Assembly: GCA_016748015.1 (NCBI GenBank)
Contig: JAAOMT010000631.1
Location: 46,283 to 84,854 of the forward strand
Direction of reading: 5' to 3'
Source: Geosiphon pyriformis uo1
Taxonomy: Eukaryota; Fungi; Glomeromycota
DNA: 38,572 nt
Of this stretch, positions 26,301 to 36,849 are shown piece by piece. Below the pieces are notes generated by a model. That model worked only from the letters and a program-made list of their open reading frames with translations. It did not search any database and was not told the origin of the DNA. The translations under genes were made by a program, and so were the position numbers. The first letter of the stretch is position 1, and each line of letters starts with the position of its first letter.

Positions 26301-29300
26301 TGCCGATGGAGCGCATGTCGCGAGAAATTGTGTCTCCGGAAGAGTTGGGATCTTCTCCAGATCTTTTGAATTCTGTCATCCAGGTTTGAATGGCCACTTG
26401 TAATCTTTGAGTCAACACTGATTCAACACGCTCATCAAGTTGGGCGACCCAGGTTTTAAGATTTGAATATGATTCTAAATTGAGTCGGTCAATCTTTTCA
26501 GAGTTCACGTAAAATGATTAAATAATTTTAGTTCTAGATTTTTGATGAACTAAAGAAAACTAGAGGCATGTTCAATGATCCAAAATACCAATTTTTGTAT
26601 TTTGTCCAAGTTTTGTTTGAAATTCCGAATTTTGTAAGGGCACGTTTTCAGGTCTTCAATAGCCCGAGTTATATCATCGTAACTATGAATTAGCGCATCA
26701 ACTTTGTCTTGGAAGATGGATACTTGATTGGCAAATTCTCTCACGAAAGCGATATGGTCACTTTCTCGGCCATCTAAGGCGCCAGTAGCGAGATGTGCGA
26801 GAGGTCTGTATTGCGGATCATATGTACTGATAAAGTAGTCCCACTTGTAATTAATCCCTTTGGCGATCTTGGTCTGAACGTCATTTCGATAGCTTGCGAT
26901 AAGCATAATGATTTCTGGGTGCTTTTGTATTTTATGTACGGTCTGGGCATAAGTTCTCACGGTCTCCATTAAGCTAACAGCGAAGGGATAAACCCTTTTG
27001 GCATCTTTAGCGATATTGCTAACCGAATGTGGCATCTGGTAATTGAGCCAAATCAGATTACGAACTTCCTTAAATAAGGTGATAATCTGGGGATCGAAAT
27101 TGACGCCCAATTGTAAAATGTTCCCCTGAGCTCGGCTACGGGTAATTTCAAAAAGTCTACCAGAAACGGACAAATCCCGACGGGTGATATCTTGAAGCCA
27201 CATCTCATAGATCTACGAAATTAAGGGTAAGATAATGAAAGTAAAGACGAGGCGATCTGTCACGTTTCAAATACTTACTGGCCGTGTATCAAGCTTTTTC
27301 TTAAATGTATTACTCGTATTCTGCAATTTTTCACCTTCAGCATACGATTCCCAGCCTTTGCCAAGAACATCTTCGACACGTTTCATATAAGTTTGCAATT
27401 GACGCTCAATTTGGCGAGCCCAGATCATGGCCCCAGAAATTGCAGGAAGGTCTCGAAGCTGTGTCATGTGGGAAGCCTGAGATTCACGATATTGCATGGT
27501 AAACTTTTCTTGCAATTTGGTGATATCTTGTTTCACAGAATCAATGAGTTGGGTCTGGTATTCCCTTATAGCACCGCGGATCTAGATAGTTGAAAGTTGA
27601 AAGTAAATTCGTTGAAATGAAAAAATACAAAATTATGTGCGCAGATGAATAATCCTAAACCAATACTAACTTTTGGTCTTACAAATAACGCGTTAAACTT
27701 GGAGAAAACACGAAACATTTCATTTGCATTCTTACAAGTTCCGAGGCGATCACGTAGCTGAGCAATAATCATATTTTCAACGCGCGAAACTCTCTCGTTA
27801 TATATGTTCTCGGCTTGTGTCCAGAGATCAGTCCCCTCAATGGAAACATCAAGAACATCAATGTCCTTTACGCTTTCATAAGCTAATTTTACTTCTTCCA
27901 TCGCATTAATTTCACTCCCATTAATGGTATCATCCTGTGTTTGTGGAGCGACATTTTTTTCTTCAATTTTTACCGTTCCTTTAGGCTGTGCCATAACCTT
28001 AAGGATGGTCTGATGCAATCGTTCGTGCTGTTTTCGAAAACGCCTAACAAATTTTGCCCGCTCTTGCAATTTCAAGTGAGCTGCACTTATCTTAATAGGT
28101 ATAAATTTCTCCGATCTTTTGCGGGTAACATCACGCGCCACAGTCGTGAACTCCTTCATCAAATCGTCCCAAGTCCGAAAGACATCTTCAGCGCCTTCCA
28201 TGACTTTTTCAAAGTCATCATATTCCATATACATGAGGCGACGGCTGCCTAGAATTCGAAGTAATTGATCATTCAGGTCTCGTGATATAGCTTGCACTAG
28301 AGGGAGAGCTTTTTTAATAGGGTAGGGACTTTTGGAAAAGAATTAAAACTTTGGTTAAATATATGATTAATTGAATAACAAATTCAGGCTCTGAAGGATA
28401 AGTTTTATGTTTGTTCAGAGCATAAATCAGGTACCATACGCTTCATGTACAATAAATATCATAATACAAATTTAACTCTTACGATAATTTTAATTTCTTG
28501 TTCAAATGTCCAAAGATGAGAGCTAAAGATTCTTTTACTTTGTCCACATCAGTTGCGGATAACAGTTCATTTAGAGGGAAATCTTTCATTAGGAGATTGT
28601 ACTTGTGAACTTTAGACGAACAAAAGGCAAAGAATTACTGATTAGACTAGATTTTTAATGATACGAACGGAGATAATAAAATATCTTATGCATATGCAAT
28701 TACCTATATCGGTGGCTTCTTTTAAACCAGTATCAGTTATAAAAGAGACAGTGGCATGGTATCTTTTTGCGTCTTTTAATATATTCATTGTCAAAACTAG
28801 GAGGATATAATAAGTAAAATTGATAAAATATTCAAACGATAGAGAGCGTACAGTTACGAGAGTTATTATAAATAAATGCAAGAATATTTACGTACCAATT
28901 TGATCACTCTTTAACTGTTCGTCGATGCCTTCTAATGCTCTTTCCATGCTTAACCAGAAGTTAATTTCTTGAATTGCGGTACCACTTGATGGATCACGTG
29001 ATAATTTTGTAACATTTTGAATTTCTTTAATCCAACCCTTCACATCATTCTGAAGTTTGTTTAAGAAACTTGAATCCCCAAGAAGTGATTGGTCAACCAT
29101 GTCAACATTCACGCTTCTATTTTCTCGTTTGGCCTGTTTAAATATGAAGCAATTTGAAACTTTAAAATTAAGCTTTGGATAAGAAAATCATTCAAGGTTA
29201 ATCTGTTCAAAAACTACTTACCCTTTCGACAGCCTCTCGAACCACAGGATGTATATTTAATGAAATCTCGGGAATTTCAACATTTTGTTGTAAATGAAGA

Positions 29301-30268
29301 AGGGCAAGTTCCAATTCGACAATTTTCTTCTTTGCGTTTGGAATTCCTTTTGTTCCACAAAGAAAGAATCGGGAGGTAAATACATTGGACTTTGTTCATT
29401 CAACGTAAATTCCATCTATCTAATTATATCTACCCATTTTGGAGTCATCTGGTTTCGTTCTTCCTCCGGTACCAACGACGCCTTCCCCACTGACACCTTT
29501 TGCGCGTACATAAGCATCGAAATAAGGGCTAACAGCGAGATGAATATAAGAATGTAAAGTTTCGTAAGGGCTAGTAACAGCCGTTCCAGGTTCAGCAGCT
29601 CCTGGCCCGGGTAAATTGATCATTTGAATTTGTGATTGAATTGAACGAGTGGGATCCAAAATGGGTACGTGTTTGATCAGGGCGATTGAAGCGACATGAT
29701 TAGGATGATATGTTATTTCTTGGGTCAAGTTATAGGTGTGTGTAATTGTAGATATGTCCTCTGAAGATGCGTAAAAAGTTAAATAAGGGCGATTTGAATT
29801 GATTAGTTTCACGCGAAATATTCAAATAATGGGAGATTGGTTTAGAAATTATAAATTTGTATGCATGCGAGGGATGATTGAATTATCTTAAAAATGCCTG
29901 ACTTTGAATGAACAAAATTTTTCGGAAAATTCAAATGACAGAACAGAAAAAACAGCTGGCCTTTTAGGTCTCCGAAAAGGCTTATACCAACCTTCTTCTT
30001 TCTTATCGTGTTCCCTTTCTTTGGTGATGGATATAACGTTGATTTGTGGATCATTAGCAAATCGTCTTAGCTTCTCAGAGATATCAAGTCCCGACCATAA
30101 AGAAGCTTTCAGCTCGGAACTTTCAGCCCCCAGGATCAGGGGCAAAAGTTTATCAAGATAATCTTGTAAAAGTGTAGGTTCGAATACTGGAGCTAGTGGT
30201 GTAGCAGTTGAACCACCATTATGTGTGTTCTCGCTCGCGGCATTTATCGCTGCGGGCTCGTATTCCAT
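14381..30268 (-). CDS. DYN1: Cytoplasmic dynein 1 heavy chain, 20 exons, ~4688 aa
   Basis: Exons (all GT-AG, frames consistent, 14067 nt total): 30268-29992, 29760-29434, 29346-29222, 29133-28896, 28796-28704, 28609-28483, 28328-27671, 27581-27279, 27212-26589, 26493-26097, 26020-25283, 25207-24531, 24446-23111, 23034-22741, 22670-21773, 21675-16667, 16588-15536, 15460-15294, 15209-15017, 14913-14381. It has four P-loops ([32 protein letters not shown]), [17 protein letters not shown], a stalk coiled coil/MTBD and the tail motif [11 protein letters not shown]. Confidence 0.98.
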
Positions 30269-30571
30269 GATGGTAGAAGCAACAGCTAAAGAAGGTTATG
30301 GAACGGGATAAAGGACACAAGTTTGCTATATAGCAAAATCGAATAGGAGTGTAGTTCAATTCAGAACTCGTCAAACCGGACACAAAGAGCTAAATGTAAT
30401 ATATTTCAACGACAGATCTTCTGATGAGATACAGGTTTTTTTAAAGCAGTGTAACTCAAGGGACGATCTGAAGATCTAAAAAATTGGACATTAAGGCCAT
30501 AATTTTCATCATACTCGTTCTTATCTTTATTTGCAGACGCGTTATTTTGTACACAGACGTTTTCTCACAAG
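30269..30571. promoter_or_regulatory. Short divergent intergenic region (dynein promoter/5'UTR)
   Basis: 303 bp between the dynein ATG (30268, -) and the apparent pseudogene ATG (30572, +). Positional inference only. Confidence 0.45.
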
Positions 30572-32752
30572 ATGCCTCTGTCTAAAGAACTCTTAAGCCT
30601 TCTCTGCTATCCTGGTAAAAAAATACATCTTATTTCTAGTATCCCAACATAATCTTGAACTGGAGGCTAACTTTGTACTCTCTAATTAGATTACTGGGAC
30701 CGGGACCCTAATTTGTGGAACATCACGGGCCCAGTATCCTAAAAGATGGCATGAAGAAGCTGAAGTTACCCTCCACCTTACATTCACGAAAGTTAATATG
30801 AAAAATGCTTACTTGAATGGTGCAGGTCAAGAATGTCGGTGGTGGTGAAAGCCATTTTGAATGATGTGAGGACATCTATTTCATCAAAAAAAAAGCCCTT
30901 CTGCACATCTTGGATGGTACACTCAACGTTGTCCAGTAAACTGGACATCCTACTCAATAATGTTCCAATCAACAGCCGCAAACATCAGATGGCTTCGTCT
31001 CTCCGCACTGGCCTAAAGGTCGGTTTTTTTTTCTCTTTAAAATAAACTCCTGACAGAGGGATATGTGCTACACCGCGCGATTTCTGTCGATTGTGTGTCA
31101 GGTTGTTTTGTGGCCTACCTGTATGGGGAAGAAGAGCGCTGTGGTTTAGGCTCTTTAAGGAACCTGATCAGGCGTGCATTTGTCATTATGTTTGGAGTGC
31201 CTAACCACACCCTGCGATTTCTGTCGAGCGAAACCAGCTGGTAAGTTGGCACTCAGTTTATATTAAATAGTTACATCATAAGTTCTCAACTGTAAATGGA
31301 TATCTCTAGGAAAGCATTCACAATTTACATATAGTCGATGTCCTCTTGCAATGTTAATACTCGTGTTGTCTTCTAAACATCTTTATATTCTCTATTTCTT
31401 TAAACCTTTTGAATGTTCAGGCCACAAGCATTGGACAACAGTAAGGACATTCAGACTTACGATGAAATTGAGGCAAAGTCATTCAATAATGATGATAATG
31501 ACCATGACATTACCGAGCCACAGATGTCTGTAGAAAGCAACAACTGGGAAGATTCTGAAAAAATCTGAGATACGAAAATCCTTCAAGATGCAGACGATGC
31601 AGAAAAATTCTCATCACATGATATGGATTTTTTAAGCTTGATTCCGGAATTCTTTTGCTGTTTTCAAATTCCCTTTTGTGGACATGGACCTATCTGTCAT
31701 CCGAATGTAGATTCCGGGTCATGAAGAACGAAAAAAAAGGAAACTCAAGACAGGGATAATTGTAAAGGACATTCTATATGATTTGGGGAAAAAATGCAAA
31801 CACCACCAGTAAGAGATTGTTATGGCATTATTCTTATTATCAATTTCAGAATATGATTGCTAATCGAGCGAAATTTCAATTTCAGCCTGGTCCATTCGTT
31901 CATAATTGATCCTGAAGACAAATTTGTACAGTCTGGCTTCACTCTTGAAGAGTTAACAGAAATCAGAGAAATGAAAAACATGCAAGAGTCACCAGAAATT
32001 AAAAATGAACTTCTGGAATATATTGCCACGTTCTGGAAGGTAATTGCAAGGTGTTACTTTTCCATGGCTTGAAACATCTTATATATGAACTTAATCTTAT
32101 TTAAATTTACAGGCATCGACAAAAGACATACGTAAAGCTCTCTACAGTTCTCATCCGAGACTCAACTGAGATTACAATCTTTTAGTCGATTTCTCCCACG
32201 AACATGCAAGAACACTGGTTTCTGACTGGTAAGTTGTGAACGACTTTAGTTTATTGCTTAACTCATGTTTTGTACCAATAAATATATTTGATATTGTGCA
32301 GGATTCGGTTGTTAGAAATAGAACCTAATCCATTTACGCAAGACCTACCAGAAAGTTGGTTCTGAATTAATGTGTGGAGAACTATCGATATTGCTTTTTC
32401 AGATACACCTTATGTGGTCTTCATTGAGTAAGTAAAGTGCAAGTGTTTTAATCGTTATTCATAGTTTATCTCAAGATTGTCTTTCTGAAAAACTATGTAG
32501 GGGCAAAAAGGCTGGGTTGGCAAGCGCCGAAAGGAAGAACTGGGGTAGGCATTAAGTAACATAAATCGTATGCAACGAAAAGCGATCGGAAAGAAAGGCG
32601 ATGATTATGTTTGAACGATCGAATCGAGACGCATTGACTGGGCAGCATTCGAGGCAGGCCTTGAATAGGAGGGAGAACATGGCATGAAATTAATGAAAGA
32701 ATGTGGCTTGAGCTTACCAAGGACGTTAAAAGACATTTTATATATCTAGCAC

Positions 32753-32855
32753 ATAAGCTATGGTATATGATACATGGTAGAAAAAGGATCATCAACAAGT
32801 TGAGGGGTTAAAAAAGTTAATAAGCTACGGTATATAATACATGATAGAAAAGGGA
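32753..32855. repeat. Two 36-bp imperfect direct repeats (67-bp spacing) in the rDNA-spacer-like part of the insertion
   Basis: ATAAGCTATGGTATATGATACATGGTAGAAAAAGGA (32753) vs ATAAGCTACGGTATATAATACATGATAGAAAAGGGA (32820), 4 mismatches. Confidence 0.85.
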
Positions 32856-32951
32856 GAAAGTCGTGTGAGGGTAAAATCTTGAAAGAAGCAAGTAGATAGA
32901 GCAACACGAAGCGTTGATCCCCATGCCACTGTATCGTAAAGGAAAAGTAGG

Positions 32952-33151
32952 ACAAATCTGTGGAATCAGAACTAAGCCTCAGCAGATCGTAGCACTAAGG
33001 CTGCTCTACTGCTTACAGTCTCCCATTCCAATTCAAGTCGTCTACAAGGGATTTATCCTTCCCGATTCTGAAATTACGATGCACGGGCGAGACCAATAAT
33101 CACTTCTGATCACTAGTCCATTGCCCACCGAAATAAGACGCAAGAGATGAG
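32952..33151 (-). rRNA. Fragment: 3'-terminal ~200 nt of the large-subunit (25S/28S) rRNA gene (displaced copy, not a functional rDNA unit)
   Basis: Minus strand GATAAATCCCTTGTAGACGACTTGAA...TGTAAGCAGTAGAGCAGCCTTAGTGCTACGATCTGCTGAGG...CAGATTTGT matches the conserved fungal LSU 3' end as I recall it (yeast ...TGTAAGCAGTAGAGTAGCCTTGTTGTTACGATCTGCTGAGA...GATTTGT). 33059-33151 is probably the variable expansion segment upstream. Confidence 0.92.
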
Positions 33152-33997
33152 ATCAGCTTTTCTGAAGACAAGATACACAAGCTCAATGTTCCGGGATTTG
33201 TACATGCTGGTTGTATTATTTTTTATTATGGTTTCTGTGAGATTTGACCAAAATTACTAATGCTCGAAGGTTTTTTCAGGCTCTATCTTAATCAGATCCA
33301 ATCTTGATTGCCCAAAGGGCTATGTGTGTCAATACATGAAAAAAGGCCCATATGAGGTATATGCGAATGTAGACCATTTCAATGAGACATTGGACGCTCT
33401 TGTCACTATTATTTACGCCAAGGTAAAGTCTCATCAGCATGTTGTACTTCTTGACGGTCTCTCAAAGGATTAATCATTTTCAATTTCCATAGCTAACAAT
33501 TCTACAGACAATGAGTGTTGTGAATACTAGAGCGACGGACGATGTGAAAAGGTGGAAAATCCAACGGGAATCAAAAAGATCAGATGGCTTTGATATCCCA
33601 GATTGCCATCCAACACACAAAAAAAAGTGGATAGCTACTGCCTGAGTTCACCACGTCTATGTAGCATAAAAAGTTTGACAGGGACGAAGTAAAATAGTTT
33701 GCTATGAGATTAACAAAGATGTCTGGATACTACAGTGTATTGTTGTCTCTTATTATTCAAAGTGGCATTTTCTTCACACCGCATTAAGTGTTTGCAACGT
33801 TGGATATATCATGGCAAAAAGCATGTTCGGCCTTTAACACAAACATTTAAAAGACACTTTTTGCTCAAAAATAAAAGACTTTAGGTTTCACTCGCAAACC
33901 AACTCTATTCGAAATGTGTTATAGGAACATTTTTGCTTCATGTTATTCAACATCTGGTGTGTATATGGTCTGTGTTTAGATAGGTCATATCCAAGAC

Positions 33998-34144
33998 TAA
34001 GGCTCTGATCGGATCAGGACCAAACCGAAATTTTGGGTCATGTCGGGGTTCAGGTTAGAAAAACATTTGGTAGTTATGCAAAAAATATATCATTCTTAGC
34101 CACCTATGACTGCTTTTCCAATCCGAACTCGAAATTGAGCCTTA
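33998..34144. mobile_element. 147-bp non-autonomous hAT-type MITE
   Basis: Termini are TAAGGCTC...GAGCCTTA, with a perfect 8-bp TSD TCCAAGAC at 33990-33997 and 34145-34152 and internal CCGA/TCGG subterminal motifs. Confidence 0.8.
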
Positions 34145-34889
34145 TCCAAGACAGTGTCGGCGCCAATATGGTCGGAATAAAACGTTAAGAGCACTATAAC
34201 TTGAACTATCCAAGACAGTGGCTAATAAATTGTTATTTTTTTATCACCCACAAATTTCAGAGCTAACGAAAAAGAAGGAAGGTTTAAAGATGCTTGTTTG
34301 ATTGGGAGACGAAATCTCAAGAAAGAATGAAAAGTTCCTTCTGCTTTATCAATGACTCGTAATCTGGGTTTACAACTTAAAAACAAATGACATAATGAAT
34401 GCTGAATGAACGACTTACTGATAAAATTCAGACAATATGGAAAATGAACGTATAGCGGAAAACTTCATGGTTTGGAGGATTATGCTAAAATCTGATAAAA
34501 CTAAAGAATTATGTACCAGCAATCTTGGTGATTGCGATGGTATTCTGGGCGGCAAATGTATCTTCAACTTGAATATTCATTTTGTCTGGTTTTGTTGCAG
34601 CATGCCCCATATGATGTATAAGTTTACTTAAAAGCATTTTATAACTTGATAGGATAAATGAATTTTCTCAAGTAAAATTATAAAAATGCTCCCAAGTAAA
34701 CTTATTTATTTACAATTTAAGACTATACGTTTAAATTCTTGAATAATTATTTATTGAATAAATAAAATATAAATAAATCTGATTTTTTTGCACTGTAAAT
34801 ATAGCCCCGATTTAAGCTAATTTGGCCTGTGCTCTTTTTAATGAAATAGTTTTAATGGTTATGCTTTTGAAAGAGAATATATTATTGAA

Positions 34890-35970
34890 TCATTTTCCTA
34901 TATTAGAATCCTTTCTATTTAAGGTAAGAAGATCGAACTTTTGAGCCAAATTCAATATGCTTGCACCAATAATGTCAGCATTTTTCTTTTGATATCCACC
35001 ACTCAAAACCATCGCCACTGGAACATTATTATTCAAAGCCATCTCAAACACCATCTCATCACGTCTTATGATGCCCTCAGCAGATAAGTCCATGGCACCC
35101 AATGGATCACCTTCAAGGCAATCAGTTCCAGCGTTATATATTACGAAATCTGGATGAAATTTGTGAAATGCCTGAAAGATATTAGACTGGATAAGTGGTA
35201 GGTAGCTTGAATCAGCTTTCATGGCTGGATTGGTTAGAGGAATTGGTTTGGTGTTGGATGATATTGCATCTTTATCATGGGGATAGATGTTAGCGTTGAA
35301 CGCATCAACAACCAGAACTTGATTGTTAGCGGCTAAATCGCGTTCAGGACCATTACCCTAAAATCGAATAATCAGATTTTTAATGAAAAAACATATATAT
35401 ATATATTAACAACTTTAAACATTCTTACCTGATGGGCATCTAAATCAACAATCATCACTCTATTTATTTGTTCTGGATATTTACTCAGAATGCGCTCTAC
35501 CATCATTGTAATATCAGCATATACACAAAATCCCCCACCACCATTATAATGAGCGTGATGAAAACCCCCTATCAATTAAAAATCATAAAAGGGCCTTAGA
35601 AATAAAAGAATGTGTTTAGGCAAAATAAATGATTCATTAACTTACCTCCCAAATTAATAGCCCATCCATATTCCAATGCTAACTCTGCGGCTAATACACT
35701 CCCACCAGTCTGCAATAACATTGGTTCCAATACCTTTTTCTTAATTAATGCGTGGGGTAGAACTGCCACAAACGGGACTTCTAAAATTCGTTGTAGCTCT
35801 TTATTACTACTGAGTGATTCAAGGTATTTCGGTGAATGTATGGTAGCCAATTCTTCACTGGTTGGAGGGCTTGGTTCGTAAAAAGTTTTCCCATTAAAAA
35901 GATCTGATGAAGCGAGTATACGTTGGATACGTTTGTATTTTTGAGTATCGAAAGGGTGGATCTTGTGCAA
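34890..35970 (-). CDS. HDAC11: Class IV histone deacetylase (HDAC11-like); 5' end unresolved
   Basis: Exons ~35970-35646, 35568-35429 and 35357-34890. Motifs are HPFD, GWAINLGGGFHHA, GGGFCVYADIT, IVDLDAHQGNG, YNAGTDCLEGDPLG, GIIRRDEMVF and SGGYQ, which are the HDAC11-type signatures. Confidence 0.88.
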
Positions 35971-36849
35971 ATTATATAATAAAAAAATAAGAGAATATTT
36001 AAGGAAGGAAGGCGGTCATATGGGACATCACGATTTATAAATGACAATATAGTAGTGAGAAGATTGGAAAATCAACATATTAAGATTGGTTCATTTGATT
36101 TCTTCCAAAATGTAAGAATGAATTGAAGGTATCATGTTAAAAACCAGTATAAATGGATTTGAGCAGATGATACGTTTAGAAATGAGAGCTCTTACTTTAC
36201 AGTACAACAATTGCTACTTTCTTGAAGTCAGGATTTCTTTTTGAGAAATGCTTTGTTACAATCTATTGTGAATCTTAACAAGTTTCTTTGATAAAAGTGC
36301 TTTTTTTGCCCGCGAGTACCTTCTCTAAGTTCCAAAAAGCTATATTGTACCCTGCGTGGTAAATAATCGGAACTTTTCCTGAGTTCGTTGTTAAGGTTGA
36401 CATTTTTATGCATATTTATTAACAAGGAGAATTCTCCTGACAAGAAAATTTTTGAACCCAACGATTTGGAAATGCTATCTTTACTAATCGGATTTTTCAT
36501 CCAATCAAATATCGAGAATTGGGATGCTTGCCTATATTTCGAAATCTGATTGGAGGACCGATGAGATATACGTAAATTGGAAAATATGAAAATATAAAGT
36601 TTTATATTTAATTTTTTTAATCAAAAAATTAATTTTTGTTTACAATTTAAAATTAAACTTATTATTGAATTTAAAACATAATATTTTTATTATGTTACTA
36701 CTTTTAAAAATGTAAAAGTAGTAAAATTTTGAATAATGTTTAATTTAAAATTTAAAATGAAATTTTCAGTTAGCATAAATCCTATTACTTTCATTATCCA
36801 GATATAATTACATTACTACGATCAGCATTTGGATTCCAAATTTTTCGCA

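Larger units (their letters stand above)
30572..33645 (+). pseudogene. Multi-exon pseudogene of the same broad REase-fold (Crinkler-like) family
   Basis: Reads MPLSKELLSLLCYP|DYWDRDPNLWNIT...; KLKTGIIVKDILYDLGKKCKHHH|LVHSFIIDPED...FTLEELTEI; LPESWF*INVWRTIDIAF; KAGLASAERKN; GKKGDDYV*TIE...WAAFEAG; GEHGMKLMKECGLSLPRTLKDI; NVPGFVHA; ...PDCHPTHKKK. It has many stops and frameshifts plus a 394-bp insertion. Confidence 0.75.

Noticed and set aside
14976-30161. Many short ORFs overlapping dynein, and the idea that dynein is split into several genes
   Set aside because: All fragments join through canonical GT-AG introns into one frame; the others are shadow ORFs.
31236-31250. U1 snRNA-like ACTTACC on the minus strand
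   Set aside because: It is simply the complement of a GTAAGT donor-like site, with no U1 stem-loops following.
32493-33099. ORFs 32493..32798, 32758..32955 and 32914..33099
   Set aside because: They are chance frames over the pseudogene and the rDNA insert.
33100-33140. Hammerhead-like CTGATCA...CGAAA
   Set aside because: The core is not CUGAUGA, stems are unconvincing, and the sequence is explained as antisense LSU expansion segment.
34437-34631. 64-aa ORF MENERIAENF...
   Set aside because: No recognisable motif or supported gene structure.
36228-36500. 90-aa ORF upstream of HDAC11
   Set aside because: No recognisable homology, and it could not be spliced convincingly to the HDAC exons.
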